The notes beneath the pieces were generated by a model. The model was not told where the DNA came from. It made no database searches and saw nothing but the letters and a program-made list of their open reading frames with translations. Made by a program: the position numbers and the translations under genes. Positions 29,644 to 40,876 of a DNA stretch of 64,000 bases are shown here, in pieces. Within the stretch, counting starts at the first letter, position 1. Each line of letters starts with the position of its first letter. This stretch comes from an uncultured delta proteobacterium (GTDB lineage Bacteria > Myxococcota_A > Polyangia > Polyangiales > Polyangiaceae): NCBI GenBank assembly GCA_963716725.1, contig CAVQUB010000018.1, forward strand, positions 92,686 to 156,685. The letters run 5' to 3'.

Positions 29644-31894
29644 GTGAAGATCGCATGCATCGGCGGTGGCCCCGCGGGGCTCTATTTCGGCATCCTGATG
29701 AAGCGGGCCGATCCCGCCCACGAGGTCACGGTGTGGGAGCAAAACCGTGCCGACGACACCTTCGGCTTCGGCGTCGTCTTCTCGGACGCGACCATGGGTA
29801 ACCTCGCGACCGCCGATCCGGAAAGCCACGCGGCCATCATTCGGAGCTTCGCGCACTGGAATGACATCGACATCCACTTCGCGGGTCGCGTCGTGCGCTC
29901 GACGGGCCACGGCTTCGCGGGCATGGGCCGGCAGCAGCTCCTCACAATCTTGCAGGGCCGGGCTCGCGAGCTGGGCGTCGTGGTTCGCTACGAGCAAGCA
30001 GCGCCACCTCTCGACGAAACTGACCGAGAGTCATGACCTCGTAGTCGCCGCCGACGGCGTCAACAGCGCGGCGCGCAACGAGCTCGCGGCACACCTCGGG
30101 CCGGATCTCGACTTTCGCCCCAACCGCTTCGTATGGCTCGGCACGACGTTTCCGTTCCAAGCGTTCACCTTCTACTTCCGCGAGAACGAACACGGGCTGT
30201 TCCGCGTGCACGCCTACCGTTACGCAGAGGGCTCTTCCACCTTCATTCTCGAGTGTACCGAAGACACTTGGAAGAAAGCCGGACTGGACCAGGCCAGCGA
30301 GGCGGACACCGTCGCCTACGCAGAGGCGCTATTTTCCAGCGAGCTCCGCGGGCACCGCCTGCTGGCGAACCGCAGCATCTGGCGCGCCTTCCCCACCGTC
30401 AAGAACCGCGCTTGGCACCATGAAAACGTGGTGCTCATGGGGGACGCGGCGCACACCGCTCACTTCTCCATCGGGTCGGGCACCAAGCTGGCGATGGAAG
30501 CCTGCATCGCCCTCCGCGACGCCGTTGCGTCCCACCCCAAGCTCGAAGATGCGCTCGAAGCCTACGAGTCCGGGCATCGCCCTGGAGTCGAAGGGACCCA
30601 GCGGGCCGCCCAGGTGAGCCTCGAATGGTTCGAGAACACCGAACGATACATGAAGCTCGATCCCACGCGCTTCGCCTTCAGCCTGCTCACCCGCAGTCTG
30701 CGCGTCACCCACGAGAACCTCGCGCTCCGGGATCCCGACTTCGTTCACGAGGCCAATCGCTTGGTGGTCAGCGAATCGCGGGCGCAGTCTGGGCGTGAGG
30801 TGCGCGAGGGGACGCCGCCGATGTTCACCCCTTACCGCCTGCGCGACTTGGTGCTCGACAACCGCATCGTGGTCTCTCCCATGTGCCAGTACTCCGCGGA
30901 CGACGGAGTGGTCGACGACTGGCACCTGGTGCACCTCGGCAGCAGAGCGCTCGGCGGCGCGGGCTTGGTCATGACCGAAATGACCGACGTGAGTCGCGAC
31001 GGGCGCATCACTCCCGGCTGCGCCGGCCTCTACCGCCCGGAGCACGCGACCGCCTACCGTCGCGTGGTCGACTTCGTGCACCGGCACAGCAGCGCAAAGA
31101 TCGGCGTGCAGCTCGCGCACGCGGGGCGCAAAGGCGCCACGAAACTCCCGTGGGAGGGCCCCGACCTGCCGCTGGGGACCGGCGATTGGCCGCTGATTTC
31201 CGCGTCTGCCCTGCCCTACCTGGCGGAGAGCCAACTGCCTCGCAGCATGTCCCGGGCCGACATGGACGCGGTAACAGCGGACTTCGTGCGAGCCGCGGAG
31301 CTGGCGAACCAAGCGGACTTCGACCTGCTCGAGCTGCACTGCGCCCACGGCTACCTGCTCGCGAGCTTCATCTCCCCTCTGACCAACCGGCGCGACGACG
31401 AGTACGGCGGCGCCATCGAAGGGCGCATGCGCTATCCGCTCGAGGTGTTCGACGCCGTGCGCGCCGCCTGGCCTGCCCATCGCCCCATGAGCGTACGCAT
31501 CTCGGCCTGCGACTGGGCGCCCGGTGGCGTCGATCTGGCAGATATCGTGAAGGCCGCCACGCTCTTGAAACAGCATGGTGCGGACATCATCGACGTGTCG
31601 GCGGGACAAACCGTCAGCGACGCCAGGCCGATCTATGGCCGCCTGTTCCAGACTCCCTTCAGCGAGCGGGTTCGGCTCGAGGCCAGCGTCCCCACCATGA
31701 CCGTGGGCAACATCTCGTCCTGGTCGGACGCCAACAGCATCATCGCGGCGGGTCGCGCGGATCTCTGCGTGCTCGCTCGCGCGCACCTCTACGATCCTTA
31801 CTGGACGCGCCACGCCGCGAACGAGCAGGGCTGGGAGCTCGAGTGGCCAAGCCAGTACGCCAGCGTGAGGCGATACGTCCCGCGCTTCCGCTGA
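29644..31894 (+). CDS. Bifunctional salicylyl-CoA 5-hydroxylase / anthraniloyl-CoA monooxygenase-reductase (frameshift near 30,010)
   Basis: [16 protein letters not shown] and [20 protein letters not shown], fused to an OYE domain ([24 protein letters not shown]). Confidence 0.92.
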
Positions 31895-31909
31895 GGCGAG
31901 CCCAGCGAT

Positions 31910-32527
31910 TCAGCTACCGCTGCGCTCGGCGATACGTTTGTCGAGCCGGGGATAAGGCTGCTCGACCACTAGGTTCCAGCTCTCCCCATTGCGCCAGAAT
32001 CGTCCCCAAATCTCCGGGGCTTGCGCCGCGCGCGACCCGATCACCACGCCGATCACGTCGCCCGGGCTGAGCGCGGGTCGCCCCGCAGCGTGGGTGAGCA
32101 CGTCGCCATCCACCAGGCCGATGCCGAGCCCGCCCACGCCGGTCAGCGCAAGGCCCGCCGGGCGATCGCCGCGCGCCGATACCGGGACGCCACCCGGCCG
32201 CGCGCCGGAGTTGGCCAGCCGCAGTACGGCGCCCGCTCGCACTCGAATGCCCTTTGGCACCGGCCTGATCGCGCGCGCTGGCGGGCTCGGGCCCACGCTA
32301 GGCTCGGCGCGCGGGGTAGCCACAACCGGTGACGTTGGAGGCGGTAGCGCCTCGACGTAGACCGGTCGCACCTCTCGCTGGGGCGCGCGGAGCAGGCCTC
32401 GGGTCGCAAGGTCGAGAGACCGCGCAGCGGCGCGCCCCAGCGTGTCGGCGAGCGTCGACGCACCGACCGCGAGCACTGGCAGCGGTAGCGTCAACGCGAG
32501 CGCGAACACCCAGGACGAGCGCCTCAC
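31910..32527 (-). CDS. Hypothetical exported protein with PDZ-like C-terminus
   Basis: N-terminal hydrophobic segment; GIGLVDGDVLTHAAGRP. Confidence 0.55.
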   Translation of the reverse strand: MRRSSWVFALALTLPLPVLAVGASTLADTLGRAAARSLDLATRGLLRAPQREVRPVYVEALPPPTSPVVATPRAEPSVGPSPPARAIRPVPKGIRVRAGAVLRLANSGARPGGVPVSARGDRPAGLALTGVGGLGIGLVDGDVLTHAAGRPALSPGDVIGVVIGSRAAQAPEIWGRFWRNGESWNLVVEQPYPRLDKRIAERSGS

Positions 32528-32563
32528 CATCAGAAGAGTACCACAGCGCAGGAGGCGCCGTCT

Positions 32564-33031
32564 TCAGTTCCGAATGCGCCAGTTCCCGGCGTAGGTGCGC
32601 CCGAGTTCATCGCAGGTGGGATCCGTGACGATCAGCTCGGGCCGGGCGTTCTGACATACGACGATGGTGTTCTGCCGGAAGGTCCGTCCGAAGTACACCG
32701 CCTCTTCCCGCTGGATCCCGTGGACCAGCCAGGCCGGCTCGCGCCACACGCCCTCGGGCTCCTCGTCGTAGCCGACGCAGTGCTCGACCCGATAACAACC
32801 GAGAATGAGCAGGTCGCGCATCACGTGATGCCTCGCCTCGTTGACGCGGCGAGGAAGCAGCATGCTGCGCGGATTGTAGGCCGTCAGGATCGCGAAGTCG
32901 CGGCGGAGCAGCTCCGGGATGTTGCCGATGTCTTGGACGATTTCGCCGTCCAGCGAGACGCGAACCAGCCCCGACTCCGAGGGCAGCTCGTAGACGGTCG
33001 CGAAGTAGGAGCGAAGCAGGTTCTGATCCAC
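32564..33031 (-). CDS. DUF3293-like protein
   Basis: AILTAYNPRS, WREP and FRQNTIV motifs. Confidence 0.7.
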   Translation of the reverse strand: MDQNLLRSYFATVYELPSESGLVRVSLDGEIVQDIGNIPELLRRDFAILTAYNPRSMLLPRRVNEARHHVMRDLLILGCYRVEHCVGYDEEPEGVWREPAWLVHGIQREEAVYFGRTFRQNTIVVCQNARPELIVTDPTCDELGRTYAGNWRIRN

Positions 33032-33079
33032 GGCGCGTCGGTTCTAACGCAAATCGGCGCCTGTCACCACTTCGGGCTC

Positions 33080-33778
33080 TCAGGCCTGGAAGCGGTATCC
33101 GACGCCGCGAACGGTGACGAGATGAGCGGGCTCGGCAGGATCGTCCTCGAGCTTCGCCCGCAGCTGCAGCATGAAGTTGTCGATGGTGCGTGGTGTGCCG
33201 TGGTGGCCCGGGCCCCACACGCGTTTCAGGATTTGCTCACGCGAGAGGACCCGACCTGCCTCTTCCACCAGGCAGAGCAAGAGGTCGAACTCCGTCGCTG
33301 TGAGCGGCACGGTCTCGCCGGCGCGCTGGACCTCCCGGGCTCCGATGTCGATCACCAACCGGCCGGCGTTCACGACGCGATTGCCCGGCCGCGCGATGGC
33401 GTCTCGCCGGAGCTGAGCCTTCACCCGGGCCAGGAGCTCCGCCAAGCTGAATGGCTTGGTGATGTAGTCCTCGGCGCCGAGTTCGAGGCCCATCACCTTG
33501 TCCAGCTCGGCACCACGCGCCGAGAGCAAGACGATGGGTGTCTTGCAGCCTTCGCCGCGGAGCTGCCGGAGGATTTCGAGGCCGTTCACCTTGGGCAACA
33601 TGATGTCCAAGACCACGAGGGAGACCTCGGGGGCTCGCGCCATGGCGAGCCCCGACTCGCCGTCGGTTGCCACGATCACATCGTAGCCCTCCGCCTCGAG
33701 GTTCATGCGCAAGCCGAGCGTGATGCTCTCGTCGTCTTCGACTACCAGGATGCGCTTCTTGGGCTCAGGCATCGCCAT
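33080..33778 (-). CDS. OmpR-family response regulator
   Basis: VVEDD, LDIMLP, GAEDYITKPFS and TVRGVGYRF motifs. Confidence 0.95.
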   Translation of the reverse strand: MAMPEPKKRILVVEDDESITLGLRMNLEAEGYDVIVATDGESGLAMARAPEVSLVVLDIMLPKVNGLEILRQLRGEGCKTPIVLLSARGAELDKVMGLELGAEDYITKPFSLAELLARVKAQLRRDAIARPGNRVVNAGRLVIDIGAREVQRAGETVPLTATEFDLLLCLVEEAGRVLSREQILKRVWGPGHHGTPRTIDNFMLQLRAKLEDDPAEPAHLVTVRGVGYRFQA

Positions 33779-34712
33779 CGTCCTTCGTGGGCGCGTGGCC
33801 CTCGGTGGGCAGCACCCGAGATAACACGACCATGAACGTGCTGCCTCGACCCGGTGCGCTTTCGACCTCGACCCGACCGCGATGGGCGCGGACCACGTGC
33901 TTCACGATGGCGAGGCCAAGCCCCGAACCCTCGCGATCTCGCGACAGCCGGTCGTCGACCCGGTAGAACTTCTCGAAGATCCGGGAGTGCTCGCGCTTCT
34001 CGAGCCCCTGCCCGTTGTCCTTGACCATGAAGCTCACCTCGCCGGGCTCGGCCCGGACGATCAGCTCGATCTCTGGCGGATCTCCGCCGTACTTGATGGC
34101 GTTGGTCAGGAGGTTCAAGAGCGCGTCACACAGGGCGGCGCGATCGGCATCGACGAAGACGTCTTCTTCGGGCAGGTCCACCCGAAACTCCGCCCGGCGT
34201 CGGTCGAGGACGGGGGCAAAGGCCGCGGTGGTCTTGGCCACCACATCTCGCACGCTGGTGACCTCGATGCTGAACTCTTTGCGCCCGCTCTCCATGCGGC
34301 CCCAGTCGAGCAGTCGATCGATCAGCTCTTGCAGCCGCATGCTCTCCCGCGCCAGGCCCTCGATGCACTTGTCCTCCGCCTCGAGGTCACCTCGGCGCAG
34401 CGCCAGAGTCTCGGCGAACAATCGAATTGATGTGAGCGGCGTCCGAAGCTCGTGCGACACTTTGGAGACGAAGTCGCTCTGGAGTCGCGAGAGGTTGGCC
34501 TCTCGACGCACGAATACCCAGACCAAGATGACGCCGGTGACCGAGGCGCCGCTGAAGCTGACGACGAGGATGCCCATCAGCAGATTGGCCTGCAACTCGC
34601 CGAGGAAGAGCATCACTGCTCCCACGGTGAGCAGGAGCGCGGTTGGCACGACGATCAGCGAAACGAGCAGGATGACTATCCTGCGGTATCCAAGCTCGCG
34701 GGACGCCATCAC
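33765..34712 (-). CDS. Sensor histidine kinase (two TMs joined by a very short loop)
   Basis: VSHELRTPL, NLLTNAIKY, DNGQG, FEKFYR and GSGLGL motifs. Confidence 0.95.
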   Translation of the reverse strand: MMASRELGYRRIVILLVSLIVVPTALLLTVGAVMLFLGELQANLLMGILVVSFSGASVTGVILVWVFVRREANLSRLQSDFVSKVSHELRTPLTSIRLFAETLALRRGDLEAEDKCIEGLARESMRLQELIDRLLDWGRMESGRKEFSIEVTSVRDVVAKTTAAFAPVLDRRRAEFRVDLPEEDVFVDADRAALCDALLNLLTNAIKYGGDPPEIELIVRAEPGEVSFMVKDNGQGLEKREHSRIFEKFYRVDDRLSRDREGSGLGLAIVKHVVRAHRGRVEVESAPGRGSTFMVVLSRVLPTEGHAPTKDDGDA

Positions 34713-36705
34713 TGCGCTCCGTGAGCGCCCCCAAGCGCTTCCAGAAGCATCGCAGTGCTCCAGGCTTGGGCGGGGCAGGCCCGCCAGCGATGCGGCTCCT
34801 CGCCGTCCGCGAGCTGAGCGACGTGCCCGAGCAGGGCACCGCCCTGGACCGCTCTTTCGATCAGCCCGACCAGCTCCGCTTCCACCTCGCGGTCCCCGGG
34901 GTTTTGGGCCCGCAGGGCCCGCGCCCAGAACCCGAGCAGGTAAGGCCAGACCGAGCCGTGGTGCAGCGCTCTCTCGCGCTGGTCGGCGTCACCCTCGTAG
35001 TAGCCGATGAAGCCGCGATCGTCAGCCGCCAGAGTTCGCAGGCCATGGGGGGTCAACAGCTCGACCTTCACGCGCGCGATGATGGCGTCGGCCTGCCACG
35101 ACTCGAACAGCTCCGGTGCCAAGGCGAGGGCGAGGAGCGCGTTGGGACGGATCGCTCGGATCCGCCCACGAGTCCGCGCTGGCGGGCTCGGAGCTCGTGC
35201 AGTCGAAGGGGTAGTCGGTCTCGTTGCACCAGAAGCGCGCACGGAAGGCCTCGGCGACGCGGGCCCGGGACGCTTCGGCGCCGCGAGCCAGTTGCTCGTG
35301 ACCGTAGAACCGAGCCCACGCCGAGAGCAGCTTGCAGGCAGAGAACCAGAGCGCTTGATGCTCGATGGCGAGGCCATTGCGCGGGGTGACCGGCAGGCCT
35401 GCGGCCCGGGCATCCATCCAGGTCCCCGGCTCGGGGGCCTCGGTGAACATCGAATCCGGCGTCGTTGACCCAGGCTCCCTTCCGAATTCGGCGACTTTTC
35501 AGGCGCAGGAACGCCCGGACCAAGCTCGGGAAGAGCATCCGCTGCACGAAGGGGTCCTCGAGGCCGCAGCGCTCGGCCACCGCGCGAGCAGCCTCGAACA
35601 GCCACAGCGTGGCGTCGGGGGAGGGCACGCGTCGGGCACCCGCCGACGGGAGTTCGCGCGGGAGGAGCCCGCCCCGCATCCACCGCAGCGCCTCGGCCAG
35701 CGAGTGTTTTGCCTCGGCTAGGCGACCTCGCGCGAGGGTGATGCCCGGCAACGCGATCAGCCAGTCGCGGAACGAGACCCCGAGCCACGGGTAGCCAGCG
35801 ACGATGACGGGACGCGGAGAAGCATCACAGGCGAAGCTGTCCGCCGCCACCGACAGCGTGCGTTGGATCGGTGACGCCTCGGGTCCTGGATCCTGGGCGA
35901 GCAGATGCCGGCGCGCCTCTTCCATGATTTCTTCTGGCGTGCCGTCGGGCAATGCTCCCAGTGCCGCCACGAGGTAAGTATCGCCGTCCGGTTCGACGCT
36001 CATCTCGAAGGTCCCAGGCGTCCACATGTCCTCCTGGAAGTCAGGGTAACGACGCAGGTCTTCCGTGTACTCGAAGCGCCGCCACCAGTCGGGCGAGCCC
36101 ATGAACACGCCGCGATGCGAAAACACGATGGGGGGGATCGAGAGGACCGGCTGAACCTCCACCGCATTGGGGCGCAGCGTAACCTTCTGCTTCATTCCGC
36201 CATGCTCGCGCGCCAAGCGCTCGACCCGGCGCATCGGCATGAGCGGCATCAGCGAGATGCGCGCGGCGGAGTTTCCGAGCCAACGATAGCGAAGCACCAC
36301 CGCGTTCGTCCCGCGGGCAAGGGCCAAGGTGCGCTCGAGCACGCCCTTGCCGAGTCGGTAGCTCCAGCGCGGCAGCGGATCCTGCGCAAAGGTCTTGAGA
36401 TTCCGGTAGCCGAGGGTCGGCGCTACGCCCGGGAACTGGTGCGTCGAGAGCTTGAACACGCGACCGGGCACGGTGACGGTGGTCTCGGCGTGGCTCAGGA
36501 TGACCCAACGGTCGATGGGAGACTCGAGCGACGCAACCAAGAGCCCGTGGTGGCGCCGGGTGTGCTTCAGAGCGAGCGTGCTCATGGCATAGGCCCCAGC
36601 GCCGTTGGTGTGCAGGAACTCGCGCTCTGCGCGGTCGAGTTCGCCGTCGATCGATACCTCCGGCCAAGGTCCGCGGCGCAGGTCGTGACTACCTGATCGA
36701 GTCAC
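34709..36705 (-). CDS. Glycogen-debranching enzyme / amylo-alpha-1,6-glucosidase-like protein (frameshifts near 35,450 and 35,150)
   Basis: REFLHTNGAGAYA, TRRHHGLL, AGYPW, DATLW, TWMDA, IRPN, HGSVWP and QAWS motifs across three frames. Confidence 0.88.
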
Positions 36706-37551
36706 GCCTCCGCCCGCAGCGCGCGGCGTGCCGCGGCCTCCATCTCGCGGAGCGGAGGCTCGACGTCGAGCCAAACGCGGATCGCCGCCGCGGCCTGGCC
36801 GACCAGCATGCCGAGCCCTCCGCGAGCCCCGAGCCCCCTCCGCCGGGCTGCGTCCAAGAACGGCGTCACGGCCGGGGTGTAGACCACGTCGTAGGCCAGC
36901 GCGGAAGCAGGAACCCGCTCCCAGGGAACCAAGTCCGCCACGACTTCCCCTGGAGGTCCCCCCCGCATGCCGGCGCTTGTGGCCTGAATCAACAGATCGG
37001 CCCCCGAGAGTAGGTCCGCGAGCGCAGAATTCGCGTGCTCGGTGGTTGGCCAAGCGCACTGACGCACGCCGAACCGGCTCAGCGGCTCGGCCGCCGAGAA
37101 TCTCCGCGCGACGACCGTGATTCTCACGCAGGCCGCGCGCACGGCAGGCGCTCACCGCGGCTCGCGCCGCGCCCCCGGCGCCGAAGATCACCGCCGAAGT
37201 CGCGCTCGGTGCGTGGACCGCCAGCTCGTCGACGAGAGCGATGACGTCGGTGTTGTAGGCGACGATGCCTCCGTCTCGGCGAACCAATACATTGGCCGCG
37301 TCAGTCTCTCGAGCGAGGGCGTCGGCGTCGTCGGCGAGGGCGAGCGCGCGCGCCTTGTGCGGCAGGGTGACGTTGGCTCCGGCCGCCAAGCCCTGTCTGA
37401 GCTCGGAAATCGCAACCTCGAAGGCGGCCGCGTCAGGGCAATCCACGAGCTCGTAGCGGTGCGAAAGGCCGAGCGCCCGGTACGCCGCCGAGTGGATCTC
37501 CGGCGACACCGAGTGGGACACCGGGTGCCCCAGCAACACAAAGCGACTCAT
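36702..37551 (-). CDS. aroE: Shikimate dehydrogenase (frameshift near 37,125)
   Basis: GHPVSHSVSP, GANVTLPHK, YNTD, GAGGAARA, DVVYTP and GLGMLVGQA motifs. Confidence 0.93.
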
Positions 37552-38897
37552 GAGCCGCCTTCACCGGGATCGGTATCGATGACGCGCGCGCCGATCCGAC
37601 CGGACGATACCCGGATCTCGATGGAGTCGCCGCGCTGCACGTCGGTGGCCGCGCGGACGGCGCGACCATCCGACGCAGTTGCGATGGCGTAGCCGCGGGC
37701 GAGCACCGCCAGCGGAGACAGCGCCGAGAGCCGTGCCGCCAGCTCACCGACGCGAGCCCGACAGCGGCCGAGTTCCGAGGCGGCAGAGGCCTCCAGTCGC
37801 GCCCGAAGGGGGGCCAACTCGGCGCTAGCCTGGGCCAGAACCGCCCGGGGGTGACGGGCGCTCAGGCGGCGTTCGCTCTCCACCAGCAACGAGCGACGCC
37901 GCGCCAGGCTGCGCAGCGTCGCCCGCTCTAGGCGAGATCTCGTCTCGTCGAGAGCCTGCTGGCGTGCCGCGATTACGAAGCGCGGATCGCTCAGCCGCCC
38001 GCGCAGGCGTTCGACGCGCGATCGCTCCTCGTGCAAGCGGGCCTGCACGGCGTGGTGGAGGTGGCGCGTCTGGCGCAGCAGTGACGAGAGCTGCGCCTCG
38101 GCATCCGGGATCACCAACTCTGCGGCCTGGGATGGGGTCGCGGCGCGGACATCCGCAGCCAGATCGGCCAACGTGGTGTCGATCTCGTGCCCGACCGCGC
38201 TCACCACCGGCACACCCACGCTAGCGATGCGGCGGACGACACGCTCGTCGTTGAACGCCATCAGATCGTCCGCAGAACCACCACCCCGACCGACGATCAT
38301 CACGTCGAGGCCAGGGTACCGCTCGAGCAAGTCGATGGCGGCGACGATGCTCTGCGCGGCCGAGTCGCCCTGCACCAGCGCGGGACTGAGCACCAAGCGG
38401 ACGCCTCCGCGCCTGAACGCAACGGTTCGAATGTCCTGGAACGCAGCCCCGACCTTGCTCGTGACCACACCGACGATGCGCGGCTCAGCGGGCAGCGGAC
38501 GCTTCTTCTCGGGCGCAAACAGGCCCTCCTCGGCCAACCGGGCCTTCAGCTTCTCCAGTGCCTCTAGCAGCGAGCCTCGCCCGGCCGGTCGCAGGCTCTC
38601 GGCCACGAGCTGCAAGCGTCCGCGAGGCGCCCAGAGCGTGGCTCGTCCGAAGAGCTGGACCCTCCCACCGTCAGTCAAGTGCCGCCGCGCGCGTTGGGCG
38701 TTGATCCGGTACATCACGCAATCGATGACCGCGTCTTCACGCTCGTCCTTTAGACTGAAGTAGGCGTGTCCGCTCGGCGCGAGCTTGAGCGAGGCAATTT
38801 CGCCCTCGACCCACTCACGCCCCGTTGCCGACTCGACCGCACGCTTGAGTCGGCGATCGAGTTCGGCGACGCTGATGACCTCTTCGGAGCCCGCCAC
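37548..38897 (-). CDS. xseA: Exodeoxyribonuclease VII large subunit
   Basis: WVEGEI, SGHAYFSLKD, GRGGGS, SAVGHEID, AATPS and LSPLAVLARGY motifs. Confidence 0.96.
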   Translation of the reverse strand: MAGSEEVISVAELDRRLKRAVESATGREWVEGEIASLKLAPSGHAYFSLKDEREDAVIDCVMYRINAQRARRHLTDGGRVQLFGRATLWAPRGRLQLVAESLRPAGRGSLLEALEKLKARLAEEGLFAPEKKRPLPAEPRIVGVVTSKVGAAFQDIRTVAFRRGGVRLVLSPALVQGDSAAQSIVAAIDLLERYPGLDVMIVGRGGGSADDLMAFNDERVVRRIASVGVPVVSAVGHEIDTTLADLAADVRAATPSQAAELVIPDAEAQLSSLLRQTRHLHHAVQARLHEERSRVERLRGRLSDPRFVIAARQQALDETRSRLERATLRSLARRRSLLVESERRLSARHPRAVLAQASAELAPLRARLEASAASELGRCRARVGELAARLSALSPLAVLARGYAIATASDGRAVRAATDVQRGDSIEIRVSSGRIGARVIDTDPGEGGS

Positions 38898-38948
38898 GGC
38901 CGCGGTTATAGCGCGGTTCTCCCCACCTGGTATCCTCTCCCGCCGCCC

Positions 38949-39095
38949 ATGCCCACCTGGCTATTCGCCCTATCGTGTGTGGTCCTACCTGCCGCGTGGG
39001 GCGTGCTCATGTATTTCGTCTTTGGTGCCTTCGAGCGTCGCTACCGGCGCGTCGCACGAAAGGACGCCCCCCCTCCCATCGACTACTCGATCTGA
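38949..39095 (+). CDS. 48-aa single-TM small protein
   Basis: MPTWLFALSCVVLPAAWGVLMYFVFGAFERRYRRVARKDAPPPIDYSI; TGATG overlap with the next gene. Confidence 0.6.
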   Translation: MPTWLFALSCVVLPAAWGVLMYFVFGAFERRYRRVARKDAPPPIDYSI

Positions 39096-39982
39096 TGCTC
39101 GTCGCCGGACAGGAGGTGAGCATCCTGGCGCTGCTCGCGCTGGGGGTCGTCGTGGGACTGGTCGCCGGACTCTTTGGCATCGGCGGCGGCTTCATCTTGA
39201 CCCCGCTTTTGTCCGTGGTGTTCGACATTCCCCTGCCCATCGCCATCGGCAGCGGCCTGTGTCAGATGGTGGGGACCGCCGTGGTGGCCTTCCTGAAACA
39301 CCGGAAGCTCGGCCAAGGCGAGCCTCGAGTGGACTTTCTGATGCTCGCGGGAGCGCTGCTCGGAGTGTCCGCAGGCGCGCGAACCGTCACTGCGCTCGAG
39401 CGACTCGGCGACGTCGCCTTCGGGGCGAACCGCATCCCCGTCTCCACGTTGGTGCTCTACCTCTCGTACATCGTCTTCTTGCTCGGTGCCGCCCTCAGCT
39501 TGATGCGGCGGGGCTCGGCCAGCATCGAGGCGCTCTCACAGGTCCGCCGCGGCCCCCTGGCTCGGATCGGGCTCCCGCCCTACGTGGACTTTCCCCGGCT
39601 ACCGCTGGCCCGAGTCTCTGCCGTGGTCGTGGCGTACATCGGGCTCGGGCTCGGCTTCTTGAGCGGCCTGCTCGGCGTGGGCGGCGGCGTCGCGCTGCTA
39701 CCGATCTTGCTCTACGGCTTTGGCTTCCCGATCAAACAGGCCGCGGGCACGGGCATCCTGGTGCTCATCACGACCAGCGTCAGCGGCACCTTCGCCCACG
39801 CGATGCTCGGCAACGTCCACCTGCCGCTCTCATTGACCCTGCTCGCGGGCGCCAGCGTGAGCGCTCAAGTCGGTGCGCTCGCGACCCATCGCCTCCCGGA
39901 CCGTGTGCTTCGATGGGGCCTGGCGTCGCTGATTCTTTCGACGGCGCTGGCCCTGATCTGGACGCTCGCGCGGCGTCTCTGA
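39095..39982 (+). CDS. Sulfite exporter TauE/SafE family protein
   Basis: AGLFGIGGG and SGLLGVGGG repeats; about 8 TM segments. Confidence 0.9.
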   Translation: MLVAGQEVSILALLALGVVVGLVAGLFGIGGGFILTPLLSVVFDIPLPIAIGSGLCQMVGTAVVAFLKHRKLGQGEPRVDFLMLAGALLGVSAGARTVTALERLGDVAFGANRIPVSTLVLYLSYIVFLLGAALSLMRRGSASIEALSQVRRGPLARIGLPPYVDFPRLPLARVSAVVVAYIGLGLGFLSGLLGVGGGVALLPILLYGFGFPIKQAAGTGILVLITTSVSGTFAHAMLGNVHLPLSLTLLAGASVSAQVGALATHRLPDRVLRWGLASLILSTALALIWTLARRL

Positions 39983-40200
39983 GTACAGACCCCGCCGGGG
40001 CGATTCCAGAAGCCGGCCGCTGACACGGCGTTGATCCAACGTTTCGAGCGCGAAGCCGTCGCGCTCGCTCGCCTGCGCGGGACCGCGGCGCTCTTCGTGC
40101 ACGCCTTCGGACGAACGCCGGCCGGCGCGCCCTAGTGCCGCGCGGCAGAAGTTTCGCTGGTTTCTTTTCCGTGTGCGTGTCGTCGGTGTAGTGGGGTGAC

Positions 40201-40809
40201 ATGATCGACTACAGCGCGTTCGCGGGCCGAGCGCACGGTGGTCGTCCGACGGTTCCGCTCGCGCTGAGGGCTGAAGAGCGCGCGCGGATCGAGGAGGCGT
40301 TGCGACCCGCCAGGGCGGAGCAGCGGCTGGTTCGTCGGGCGCAGGCCGTGTTGATGATGGCGGACGGAGTGCCTGCGACGGACATCGCCCGGCTCCTCGG
40401 GGTGCACGTGCGCACGGTGGACGACTGGCGCAAGCGCTTCGTTTCGGCTTCATCTCGGACGGGCACGACAGCGACACCTTCGTCGAGCTACTCGACGTCA
40501 TCGAGGCGGTCTACCCGCCGGGTCGTGGCCACATCATCATGGACAATCTCTCCGCCCACGACACGCCCGACGTGAACGAGTGGTTTGACGAGCACCCACG
40601 CTGGACGCGCCACTTCACGCCGAAGCACGCGTCGTGGCTCAACCAGATCGAGTGCTGGTTCTCGATCCTCACGCGCCAACTTCTCGCACGAGGCTCGTTC
40701 ACGTCAACCGACGACCTCGCGGCGAGGATCGACGCGTACGTCGCGTGGTATCTGCAGACCGACCGACCCTTTCGCTGGTCGTACCGCCCCAAGTCGTGGG
40801 CCGAATCCA
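40201..40809 (+). pseudogene. IS630 transposase with large internal deletion
   Basis: N-terminal HTH (RRAQAVLMMADG...IARLLG...WRKRF) joined out of frame near 40,440 to the C-terminal DDE part (IMDNLSAH, FTPKHASWLNQIECWFS, PFRW); first catalytic Asp region missing. Confidence 0.88.
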
Positions 40810-40876
40810 GAAAAATCCCCTCACTTTCTGCGAAGAAAGCCGCAACTGTTTCGGAGTGAGGCCCGACCCCACGGGG

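Noticed and set aside
35068..37551. 827-aa AroE-GDE fusion in the ORF track
   Set aside because: Created by a frameshift near 37,125; the aroE C-terminus is in another frame ending at 36,702 and GDE has its own GTG at 36,705
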